Source: a bacterium (GTDB lineage: Bacteria > JBDRGX01). Taken from it: 32,798 bases of DNA. The notes under the pieces were generated by a model. The model made no database searches, was not told the origin of the DNA, and was given only the letters and a program-made list of their open reading frames with translations. The position numbers and the translations under genes are program-made. Shown here piece after piece: positions 1 to 8,822 of this stretch. Position 1 is the stretch's first letter, and every line of letters begins with the position of its first letter. The DNA is taken from NCBI GenBank assembly GCA_043817485.1, contig JBDRGX010000092.1:1-32798 (forward strand). The letters are read 5' to 3'.

Positions 1-23
1 TATTTTTAAAATGATCATCTATG

Positions 24-140
24 AGACTGTGTCATAACTCTAAATCTAGACATCCATACCATAACATATTGTGGTTTTGTGGAAACCTACCACTTTATGT
101 TGTAAAACAATTGCCGTGAAATTGAATTATGACACAGTCT
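24..140. mobile_element. MITE-like element with 17-bp terminal inverted repeats
   Basis: AGACTGTGTCATAACTC (24-40) and GAATTATGACACAGTCT (124-140) are inverted repeats with 1 mismatch around a non-coding 83-bp core. The element supplies the premature stop of the adjacent MNT ORF. Confidence 0.7.
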
Positions 141-306
141 GATGAATTGCCCCCTTGTGAAAATTGACTAGAATATCAATGTCGCTATCTTCTTTGGCTT
201 CATCTCTGGCATAAGAACCAAAAATACCCTTCAATTCAGCATTATATTGTCTATTAACTTTATATTTCAATCCTTTAAGAATTTCAAGAATTTGGTTTTG
301 GGTCAT
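127..306 (-). pseudogene. Truncated minimal nucleotidyltransferase (MNT, MNT-HEPN antitoxin family)
   Basis: Manual translation MTQNQILEILKGLKYKVNRQYNAELKGIFGSYARDEAKEDSDIDILVNFHKGAIHQTVS* contains the FGSYAR..SDIDILV motif. GAGG RBS at 317-320. Only 59 aa; the stop lies inside the MITE repeat. Confidence 0.75.
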
Positions 307-559
307 AGTATTACTACCTCAAATCAAAATACTTCGAAGATCAGCTGAAGCGATTTAATAATTTTTTTTTATTTCAACCGCTTTTCATACAGCAAATCAA
401 TATTTTTTTGTTAAAGATACTTTTTGTTTTTTTTATTCGTTTAAACCAATCTACTTATTTCTCTTTATCACGCATTTCAACAATTATCTTTTTTTGAAAT
501 AAAATCAATATCATACATCTGGTAATTTGAACACAAGTATCACTAAAAATTCAATAACA

Positions 560-1861
560 TTATATTGTAATAATTTTTTCTCTATTTGTTTTTATTTCAG
601 ATAAAGCATTTCGTGTATCAAAAATTTTTGTTGCATTTTTTGCTATCCATTTATAATCATAATTGCTATGATCTACAAGAATAACTACACAATCTATTAT
701 TTTAAACAATTTTGTATCTAATTTACTATTTTTTAAACTAAATAAATTAGACTCAAAATTATCTACATAAGGATCATTATAATATATTTTAGCCCCTTTT
801 TTTATTAAACTTTCTATTATTTCAAAAGCAGAAGACTCTCTTGTATCTCCAACATCTTTTTTATAAGAAACTCCTAAAATAAGAATATTTGAATTTTTAA
901 TACATTTTTCATTTTCATTTAAAATATCTCCTATTTTAGAAACTACATATGCTGGCATTTTATTGTTAATTTTTCCAGCCAATTCTATAAATGCAGCATC
1001 AAAATTATAAGTACGAGCTTTCCAAGAAAGATAAAAAGGATCTACAGGAATACAATGTCCACCTAATCCTGGACCAGGATAAAAAGCCATAAATCCATAA
1101 GGCTTAGAAGAAGCTCCTTTAATAACTTCCCATACATCTATTTTTAATGTATCACACAACAAACACATTTCATTAGCTAAACCAATATTAACACTTCTAA
1201 AAGTATTTTCCCATAACTTAATCATTTCAGCTACTTTAGTAGAAGAAACTTCGATTACAGTATCTATTGCTTGTTGATAAAATAATTTTACTAATTTTTT
1301 ACATTTTAAAGTAAATCCTCCTACAATTTTAGGAGTATTTTTTATAGTATATTTTTTATTTGCAGGATCTACTCTTTCTGGAGAAAAGGCCAAATAAAAA
1401 TCTTTTCCTACTTTTAATCCAGATTTTTCTAACATAGGTAAAACTATTTCTTCTGTTGTTCCTGGATAAGTAGTACTTTCTAAAATAATCAATTGATCTT
1501 TTCTTAAATATTGAAAAATATTTTGGACACTATTAACAATATAAGAAATATCTGGTTCTTTAGTTTTTGTTAAAGGAGTAGGAACACATATTACTATTAC
1601 ATCCATTTCTTTAAAAAAACTTTTTTGTAAAGTAGCTTTTAGTTTTTTAGATTTCACTAATTTTTGAATTTCATCAGATGAAATATCTGTTATATATGAT
1701 TTCCCATTATTTATCAAATCTACTTTTTTTTCATCTATTTCAAAGCCCAAAACATCATATCCAGATTTAGCAAATTCAACACTTAAAGGAAGTCCTACAT
1801 AACCTAATCCAATAATACCTATTTTTGCTTGTTTTTTTAAAATTTTTTCCTGCAAATCCAT
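560..1861 (-). CDS. Nucleotide-sugar dehydrogenase (UDP-GlcNAc 6-dehydrogenase, WbpA/WecC family)
   Basis: IGLGYVGLP Rossmann motif, ICVPTP, LESTTYPGTT, FSPERVDP, catalytic GGHCIPVDP, YKKDVGDTRES. AGGAG RBS. Confidence 0.92.
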   Translation of the reverse strand: MDLQEKILKKQAKIGIIGLGYVGLPLSVEFAKSGYDVLGFEIDEKKVDLINNGKSYITDISSDEIQKLVKSKKLKATLQKSFFKEMDVIVICVPTPLTKTKEPDISYIVNSVQNIFQYLRKDQLIILESTTYPGTTEEIVLPMLEKSGLKVGKDFYLAFSPERVDPANKKYTIKNTPKIVGGFTLKCKKLVKLFYQQAIDTVIEVSSTKVAEMIKLWENTFRSVNIGLANEMCLLCDTLKIDVWEVIKGASSKPYGFMAFYPGPGLGGHCIPVDPFYLSWKARTYNFDAAFIELAGKINNKMPAYVVSKIGDILNENEKCIKNSNILILGVSYKKDVGDTRESSAFEIIESLIKKGAKIYYNDPYVDNFESNLFSLKNSKLDTKLFKIIDCVVILVDHSNYDYKWIAKNATKIFDTRNALSEIKTNREKIITI

Positions 1862-1873
1862 AATATCTCCTTT

Positions 1874-4315
1874 TTATTTTATTATCAAGGATTCTTCCTT
1901 CATTGTTATTTTATATTCTTTCTTTTTATCTGTAATGCTAATAGTTTGTATTTTAGGGGAGGCATAACTTGAATGTGTTATTTTAATTGTATGCATTCCA
2001 AAAGAAATTCCTTCTTTAACAACAATCCCTTGTCCTAAATATACATCATCAAGATATATATAAGCATTTTCTGGAGAAATTTTAAATATTATTTTGCCTT
2101 TAATTGGCATCAAATAAACTCTAAAAGCTTCTTTATCATTTTGTTTTAAAGAAATATCTTTTTTCGTATACATATCATAACCATATTTTTTTACAAAAAG
2201 AATATATTTTCCTGTTGGTACTTCAATTTCTTTTTGAGATGTAAGTAAATAAGTAATATTTGTATTTTCTGTAAAATTTCTTTCATCTGCAAGTTTTATT
2301 TCACAAGATGGAATTGTTTGAAAAGTGTCTTTATCATATACAGACACTTCTATTTTAGGAGAATATATATAAACTTTTTTTTCTTCTACCTTTTCTTCTT
2401 TTTTTTCTATTTTTTCTAATTTATTTAAAACAATATTTATATTTTGTTGTTCATCATTTTCTATGTAAATTTTTTTTATAAAAGGATGAAATTCTGGCTT
2501 ACTAATAAAAATTTCATAACTATTATCTGGAAATAAAGAATATTTAATAGGAGTTTGACCTATATTTTGACCATCTATTTTTACATCAGCATTTTCTGGT
2601 TTTGAAATAATATTGATATATTTACTTAAAATAATATTTACACTAAAAGTTTTGAGTTCATTTGAAATTATTTTAGTATGTTTTGTTTGATTTAAAAGTT
2701 TTACTGAACCATCTTCTTGAATTTCAATTTTACATTTATAAGAAACAAAATTAGGTCTTTCTACTTTTATTTCATTTATTCCAAAAGGCAAAGGAAAATT
2801 AAATAAAGAAGTATTTTCTAAATTTTCTTTAATACAACTAATTTTTGCTTTAAAAGAAGAAATACTAATATTTTTTCTAAGATGGGCTTCTATTAAAATA
2901 TTATTTTTATCTTTAACATTTATTATCTCTTCATAAATATTAAAAGGTGATTTACTTATTTTTATTGTATATTTACCAAATGTAATTTTTTCCAAAACAA
3001 ATGGTGTTATTCCCATTTCTTTATCATTTATAATAACTTTTGCTTGTGAAGGATAAGAATTTATTTTCAAAGCTGCTTTCAAAGATGATACTGAAGAAAC
3101 ATTTTCTTTTTTTGTTTTTTCTGAAATAATTGTTTTTACATTTTGATTATTTATCAATTTATAAACAATTATAGAAATTGTAATACATAAAATACTACAT
3201 AAAAATATAATTGTTAATAAAGATTTTTTAGGATACAGATTCGAGCCATTAATTAAAATTTCTTCTTTTTTTTCTTCCTCTTCTTTTTTTGTAACTTCAG
3301 ATTCATCTCCTTTATAAAAAACTTCTGTTTCCATTCCATCTATATCATTTTTTTCTAATGGAACTAACAACATTTCTTCTCTTGCTTCTTCTTTTAATTC
3401 AGCTTCAAAAGTTTTTTTTACAAAATCTGATAGATTGATAGAGGTTCTTACAAGATGATGTTCATGAAGAAATTTTACAATATCTTGCCACATTTGATAC
3501 GCATTTTGATATCTTTTATCAAGTGGTTTTTGAAGAGCTTTTAAAATTATTTTTTCAGCTTCATGAGAAATTTCTGAATTAAATTTTCTCGGTGAAATTA
3601 TTTTTCCTTCTTTTACTTTTTCAAGCATTAAAAATTCGCTATCACCTTCAAAAACTTTTCTACCAGTAAGCATTTCATAAATTATAATTCCTAAAGCATA
3701 TATATCAGTTCTTTTATCTACTAATTGTCCCATTGCTTGCTCTGGAGACATATAGCCAATTTTCCCTTTTAATAAACCAATAGTTGTTGTATGAATTTGA
3801 GAAGTAGCTCTCGCAATACCAAAATCACTTAATTTAACTTCACCTTCATAAGAAATTAAAATATTCGAAGGAGATACATCTCTATGAACAATTTCCATAT
3901 TTTGAAAATTTTTACTCTTTTTTTTATGAGCATAATCTAATGCACTACACATTTTTTCTGCAATAAAAAAAGCAATGTCTATTGGAATTGTTTTATTTTT
4001 AGCTTTTTCTTTTTTTAAAATTTCAGATAAATTTTTTCCATAAATATATTCCATTGCAATATAATAAGTATCTTCAATTTTTCCTAATTCATCTATATAA
4101 ATAATATTCGGATGTGAAAGATCAGCTGCAATTTTTGCTTCATCAATAAACATTTCAATAAAATCTTTATTATCACTTAAATGCCCTAATATTCTTTTTA
4201 TAACTACTAATTTTTCAAAACCTTCTATTCCCTTTTTTTTAGCTAAAAATATTTCAGCCATACCAGCTACTGCAATTTTTTTTATAATAAAATAATTTCC
4301 AAAAGTATTTTTCAT
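1874..4315 (-). CDS. Membrane Hanks-type Ser/Thr protein kinase with C-terminal PEGA repeats
   Basis: VVIKRIL, HRDVSPSNIL, DFGIA, GYMSPEQ, DIYALG. One TM helix (LLTIIFLCSILCITISIIVY). PEGA-like repeats (INSYPSQAKVIIND..GITP; IISKPENADVKIDG..GQTP; KISPENAYIYLDD). Confidence 0.9.
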   Translation of the reverse strand: MKNTFGNYFIIKKIAVAGMAEIFLAKKKGIEGFEKLVVIKRILGHLSDNKDFIEMFIDEAKIAADLSHPNIIYIDELGKIEDTYYIAMEYIYGKNLSEILKKEKAKNKTIPIDIAFFIAEKMCSALDYAHKKKSKNFQNMEIVHRDVSPSNILISYEGEVKLSDFGIARATSQIHTTTIGLLKGKIGYMSPEQAMGQLVDKRTDIYALGIIIYEMLTGRKVFEGDSEFLMLEKVKEGKIISPRKFNSEISHEAEKIILKALQKPLDKRYQNAYQMWQDIVKFLHEHHLVRTSINLSDFVKKTFEAELKEEAREEMLLVPLEKNDIDGMETEVFYKGDESEVTKKEEEEKKEEILINGSNLYPKKSLLTIIFLCSILCITISIIVYKLINNQNVKTIISEKTKKENVSSVSSLKAALKINSYPSQAKVIINDKEMGITPFVLEKITFGKYTIKISKSPFNIYEEIINVKDKNNILIEAHLRKNISISSFKAKISCIKENLENTSLFNFPLPFGINEIKVERPNFVSYKCKIEIQEDGSVKLLNQTKHTKIISNELKTFSVNIILSKYINIISKPENADVKIDGQNIGQTPIKYSLFPDNSYEIFISKPEFHPFIKKIYIENDEQQNINIVLNKLEKIEKKEEKVEEKKVYIYSPKIEVSVYDKDTFQTIPSCEIKLADERNFTENTNITYLLTSQKEIEVPTGKYILFVKKYGYDMYTKKDISLKQNDKEAFRVYLMPIKGKIIFKISPENAYIYLDDVYLGQGIVVKEGISFGMHTIKITHSSYASPKIQTISITDKKKEYKITMKEESLIIK

Positions 4316-4341
4316 TTTTATTTAACCTTTGTTTTTAATCT

Positions 4342-5196
4342 TTATTTTTCAATTACTTCCAATAAACTAAAAAGAAAAATTATCATAGAAATAAAAGCAT
4401 TTATTGCAAAAAAAGATTTATTAATACTTTCTATTTTTTGTTTTCTTGCTAAAAAATGTTCATAAATTAAAAGACCTGCAATAAAAAATAAGCTTATTTT
4501 AAAAATTTTTAAATCAAGCAAATAAATAAACAATCCTAATAAAAATAAACAAAAAAAATGAAATAAGCCAGAAATTTTTAAAGATTTTTTAATTCCTAAT
4601 TTTGCAGGTAACGAAAAAAGGAAATTTTTTTTGTCAAATTCATAATCAAGAGTGCTATAAATAATATCCATTCCAGCAATCCAAAAAATTATAACACTAC
4701 CTAAAATAAAAGGAGGTAAAGCAAATTTTCCAGTAATAGCAATCCATCCACCAATGGGCGCACAAGATTCTACTATTCCTAAAAAAATATGTGACAAAGA
4801 ACTAAATCTTTTAAAATAAGAATAACTCCATAAAAGAATTATAGATAAAGGACAAAGATAAAAACATAAAAGATTAAGTTTAAAAGCAGAAAAAAGTAAA
4901 AGAAAAATAGATATTACAATTATTATTTTTACTTGAAAAGGAGTAATTTTCGTGAACAAAAAAATTCTTTGGCAAGTACGAGAATTTTTAGCATCTATAA
5001 ATCTATCAATCAGCCGATTAAACAACATACCAGTTGTTCGAGCACTAATCATTGCTAATGTAATCCAAAATAATTTATTAAAGGAGGGAACCCTATGTTC
5101 AGCAAAAAAAGCCCCAGCATAAGCATAGGGAAGAGCAAAAATAGAATGTTCTATTTTTATAAGTTCTAATATAGTTTTAATTTTTTCCCATAACAT
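4342..5196 (-). CDS. UbiA-family prenyltransferase (4-hydroxybenzoate polyprenyltransferase/MqnP-like)
   Basis: IKIEHSIFALP, FNRLIDRFIDAKNSRT and DIIYSTLDYEFD aspartate-rich motifs, many TM helices. Start moved to ATG 5196 (the ORF is open to 5262). Confidence 0.85.
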   Translation of the reverse strand: MLWEKIKTILELIKIEHSIFALPYAYAGAFFAEHRVPSFNKLFWITLAMISARTTGMLFNRLIDRFIDAKNSRTCQRIFLFTKITPFQVKIIIVISIFLLLFSAFKLNLLCFYLCPLSIILLWSYSYFKRFSSLSHIFLGIVESCAPIGGWIAITGKFALPPFILGSVIIFWIAGMDIIYSTLDYEFDKKNFLFSLPAKLGIKKSLKISGLFHFFCLFLLGLFIYLLDLKIFKISLFFIAGLLIYEHFLARKQKIESINKSFFAINAFISMIIFLFSLLEVIEK

Positions 5197-5327
5197 TTTT
5201 AATATTTTTGTAACACCTTTTTTATGAAAATATATAGTTAATTCATAAATGCAATAATGCATACTTTGTCAATGTTTTTCAAAAAATTATAATTATTAAA
5301 TAAAAACCATTCTTGATTTTTTTATAA

Positions 5328-5352
5328 TAACACGAATTTGCAAAAAGTATGA
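5328..5352 (+). promoter_or_regulatory. Candidate NikR operator
   Basis: TAACAC-N13-GTATGA just upstream of TTGACA (5361-5366) and of a Ni-type ECF operon. Geometry resembles described NikR boxes; the match is imperfect. Confidence 0.3.
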
Positions 5353-5440
5353 AAAAAAACTTGACAATAAAAAATTTTATATTAAAAAATGAACATCATT
5401 ATAATTTTTATAAATGATATTTATTTAAGGAGGTATTTTT

Positions 5441-6121
5441 ATGTTTAAGAAAATTTCAATTTTTTTTGGAGCATTATTTTTTTGTTTTTTTATTAATAGT
5501 TTAATGGCTATTGATGATGCATCAACTCTTGACCAAGGAAAATTTGAATTAGAAAATAACCTCAATTTTGTTATAAATCCCGATAAAAGCAAAGATACAT
5601 TAATAAATACATCTTTAAAACATGGCATAACTGAAAAATTAGATTTTTGCATTAACATTCCTTATGAAATACAGCCAAAACAAGGATTTAATGATGCAGA
5701 AATAGGAATAAAGTTTGCTCTTTTAAAAGAAAAAATATATCTGCCAAATATTTCTCTTTCTTTCTCTTCTGAATTAGGATCTTCTGATTACACTCTTATT
5801 GGTATTCTAAGCCAACAATTTGGTAAAATAACTCTTCATATTAATGCTGGTTATACAACAAATAAAGATATATCTATAATGTATCTTAATCCTATATCAT
5901 TGGAATTATTTCTTTCTGACGCAATTGAAATACCAATTAGTAAAAAAATAACCTTAATTGGAGAAATTGTTAGCGAAAATAACTTAAAAAATTTAGGAGC
6001 ATTTTTAAGTGGAAATTTAAAAATTTCGGATACAGTAAATTTTGTTTTAGAATTTGGATTTCAAAGTAAAAATAATAATATTAAAAAACAAATAACTTCA
6101 GGTTTAATTTATGAGTTTTAA
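5441..6121 (+). CDS. Putative outer-membrane beta-barrel transporter associated with Ni/Co uptake
   Basis: Signal peptide, DDASTLDQGKFELE N-terminus, alternating beta-strand pattern, C-terminal YEF. AAGGAGG RBS. Directly upstream of nikM/cbiM. Confidence 0.6.
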   Translation: MFKKISIFFGALFFCFFINSLMAIDDASTLDQGKFELENNLNFVINPDKSKDTLINTSLKHGITEKLDFCINIPYEIQPKQGFNDAEIGIKFALLKEKIYLPNISLSFSSELGSSDYTLIGILSQQFGKITLHINAGYTTNKDISIMYLNPISLELFLSDAIEIPISKKITLIGEIVSENNLKNLGAFLSGNLKISDTVNFVLEFGFQSKNNNIKKQITSGLIYEF

Positions 6122-6252
6122 AAATATTTGTATTAATTTAATACTCAGTTGTATTTAAAATAATAACAAGGCGGCAAGAAGAAGGCGATAAAAAAGAATA
6201 CAGAATACAGAATAGATGTAAATTTTTTCATAAATAAAATAGGAGAAATAAA

Positions 6253-6888
6253 ATGCATATACCAGATGGTTTTTTAGATATTAAAACATGTGTAAGTTTA
6301 AGTATAGTTTCTATCGGAATAATAAGTTTTGCTATTAAAAAAATTAATAAAAAAATTGAAGAAAAACATATTCCCATGATGGGAGTAATCTCTGCTTTTA
6401 TTTTTGCTGCTCAAATGTTAAACTTTCCAATAGCAGGAGGAACTTCAGGACATTTTATGGGTGGAGCATTAGCTGCCATTCTTTTAGGCCCTCTTACTGG
6501 TGTTCTTGTAATGACAACTATTTTAATAGTACAATGTTTTGTTTTTCAAGATGGTGGATTAACAACACTTGGTGCTAATATTTTCAATATGGGAATAATT
6601 GGGAGTTTATTATCTTATTATTTATATCTTGGAATAAATAAAATAATAAAAAACAAAAAAGGCAATTTTATTGGTGCTTTTATTATAAGCTGGTTATCTA
6701 TAGTTTTGGCTAGTGGTTTTTGTGCTATTGAATTAGCTATTTCTAAAACAGTTCCTTTAAAAATTGTATTATTTTCTATGGTCGGAATTCATTCTTTAAT
6801 TGGAATTGTAGAAGGATTAATTACTTTAGTAGTATTAAATTTTATTTTAAAAATAAGACCTGATTTATTAGAAATTAAAAAAATATAG
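6253..6888 (+). CDS. cbiM: ECF Ni/Co transporter substrate component NikM/CbiM
   Basis: N-terminal MHIPDG metal-binding motif, AFIFAAQMLNFP, GTSGH, DGGLTTLGANIFNM. Confidence 0.92.
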   Translation: MHIPDGFLDIKTCVSLSIVSIGIISFAIKKINKKIEEKHIPMMGVISAFIFAAQMLNFPIAGGTSGHFMGGALAAILLGPLTGVLVMTTILIVQCFVFQDGGLTTLGANIFNMGIIGSLLSYYLYLGINKIIKNKKGNFIGAFIISWLSIVLASGFCAIELAISKTVPLKIVLFSMVGIHSLIGIVEGLITLVVLNFILKIRPDLLEIKKI

Positions 6889-6897
6889 GAGAATATT

Positions 6898-7194
6898 ATG
6901 AAAAAAATAATTTTATTAGGGCTTTTTATATCAATTGCACTTGTTTTTTTTATTGCACCTTTTGCATCATCATCTCCAGATGGATTAGAAAAAGTAGGTC
7001 AAGATAAGGGCTTTTTACATAAAGGAGAAGGACAAGAAGTTTTTAATGCACCATTTCCTGATTATACTATTTCATGGATACAAAATGAAAAAATATCTAC
7101 TTCTTTATCGGGATTAATAGGAATATTTTTTACTTTTTTAATAATTTATATTTTAGGATATTTTGTTAAAAAGCAGCTTACTAAAAAAATATGA
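6898..7194 (+). CDS. PDGLE-domain ECF accessory component (NikN-like)
   Basis: ASSSPDGLEKV and APFPDY motifs, two TM helices, between the M and Q genes. Confidence 0.88.
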   Translation: MKKIILLGLFISIALVFFIAPFASSSPDGLEKVGQDKGFLHKGEGQEVFNAPFPDYTISWIQNEKISTSLSGLIGIFFTFLIIYILGYFVKKQLTKKI

Positions 7195-7958
7195 ATCACT
7201 TATTTTTAGACAAATATAGCAATTTAAAAAGCCCAATTCATCAATTAGATCCAAGAAGTAAAATTATATTTTTTTTGTTATATATTTTTTTTGTTATTAC
7301 AATTTTGCCTAATGACTTTTTACAATTTATTGCATATTTTATCATTATGTTTATTGTGATTTTAATAAGTCGGATTCCTTTAATCTATATTTTAAAACGA
7401 ACCTGTGTTATTATTCCATTTATATTATTAATTGCTATTTTTATTCCTTTTTCTAAAAAAACCCAAATTGAAAATTCTTATAATATAGGTTATTTATTTG
7501 TAAGCCATAATAGATTATGGATATTTTGGAATATGTTAATTAAATCTTTTCTTACAATTTTAGCAATGATTGTTCTTTCTTCTACTACAAAATTTTCAAC
7601 ACTTTTAAAAGGTTTAGAATTTTTTAAAATCCCAAAAATATTAATAATGCTTCTTTCTTTTATGTATCGATATATTTTTGTTTTAATTGATGAAGCACAA
7701 CGAATAGAACACGCACGTAATTCAAGATATTTTGGTGGAGAATATTTAAGACAAATAAAAACCATAGGAAATATAATTGGATGTCTTTTTATTAAAACAT
7801 ATGAACGAGGAGAAAAAATCTATCAAAGTATGCTATCAAGGGGCTTTAATGGAGAAATAAAAATATTAAATAGATTAAATTTTTCAATTTTGGATATTTA
7901 CTTTTGTATATTATTTTTAGGAAGTTTATTGGCAATAAAAATATGGAGCATTTTATGA
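7191..7958 (+). CDS. cbiQ: ECF transporter T component CbiQ/NikQ
   Basis: SPIHQLDPRSK, FMYRYIFVL, YERGEKIYQSMLSRGF. ATGA overlaps with both neighbours. Confidence 0.92.
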   Translation: MNHLFLDKYSNLKSPIHQLDPRSKIIFFLLYIFFVITILPNDFLQFIAYFIIMFIVILISRIPLIYILKRTCVIIPFILLIAIFIPFSKKTQIENSYNIGYLFVSHNRLWIFWNMLIKSFLTILAMIVLSSTTKFSTLLKGLEFFKIPKILIMLLSFMYRYIFVLIDEAQRIEHARNSRYFGGEYLRQIKTIGNIIGCLFIKTYERGEKIYQSMLSRGFNGEIKILNRLNFSILDIYFCILFLGSLLAIKIWSIL

Positions 7959-8689
7959 AAAAAGTAATTGAAATAAAAAATTTAAGTTATGCTTATCCAA
8001 ATGGAAAATTTGCAATTAAAAATATAAATTTAGATATTTTTGAAAACGAATCTATTGGGATTATTGGTCCTAATGGTGCAGGAAAAACTACTTTACTCCT
8101 TCATCTTAATGGAATTTTACAGGGAAAGGGTCAAATAAAAATATTAGATATGGAAATGCATAAAAAAAATCTTAATAACATCAGAAGTAAAGTAGGAATA
8201 GTTTTTCAAAATCCAGATGATCATTTATTTTCACTTAATGTTTTTGATGATGTATCTTTTGGTCCTCTTAATATGAAACTGCCACATGATACAGTAATTA
8301 AAAGAACCAAAGAAGCCTTAACTCAAGTAAAAATGGAAGGATTTGAAAATCATTTTTCTTATCATCTTAGTTTTGGGGAAAAAAAAAGAATTTCTTTGGC
8401 TACAATTTTAGCAATGAAACCAAAAATTTTAATATTAGATGAACCAACCAGTAATTTGGATCCACAGCTTCGAAAACAATTAATTGATTTATTAAAAAAA
8501 AATAAAACAACTATGATTATTGCAAGTCATGACTTAGAAATGGTTTTAGAATTATGTCAAAGAGTAATAGTCTTAAATCAAGGAAAAATAATTATAGATG
8601 GAAAAACTACAACGATAATGAAAGATAAAAATATAATGGAATCTAATAGTTTAGAAGTTCCTTTTTCAATTCGTTTCCAAAAATCATAA
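7955..8689 (+). CDS. cbiO: ECF transporter ATPase CbiO/NikO
   Basis: Walker A GPNGAGKTT, FQNPDD, LSFGEKKR signature, ILDEPTSNLD, SHD. Start set at ATG 7955 after GGAG. Confidence 0.92.
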   Translation: MKKVIEIKNLSYAYPNGKFAIKNINLDIFENESIGIIGPNGAGKTTLLLHLNGILQGKGQIKILDMEMHKKNLNNIRSKVGIVFQNPDDHLFSLNVFDDVSFGPLNMKLPHDTVIKRTKEALTQVKMEGFENHFSYHLSFGEKKRISLATILAMKPKILILDEPTSNLDPQLRKQLIDLLKKNKTTMIIASHDLEMVLELCQRVIVLNQGKIIIDGKTTTIMKDKNIMESNSLEVPFSIRFQKS

Positions 8690-8822
8690 AAAAATATTAT
8701 AAATAAAAATATAACATTTCTATTTATTTTCTTCCTTTTTACATTTACCGATACTTTCCTTCTCAATAACAATCGCCTTAATTAAACAGTCATAAGAAAT
8801 TCCAAAATTAAAAATTGCCCTA

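Noticed and set aside
6122-6252. Cobalamin or NiCo riboswitch before cbiM/nikM
   Set aside because: No B12-box or GGGAA core and too little pairing potential.
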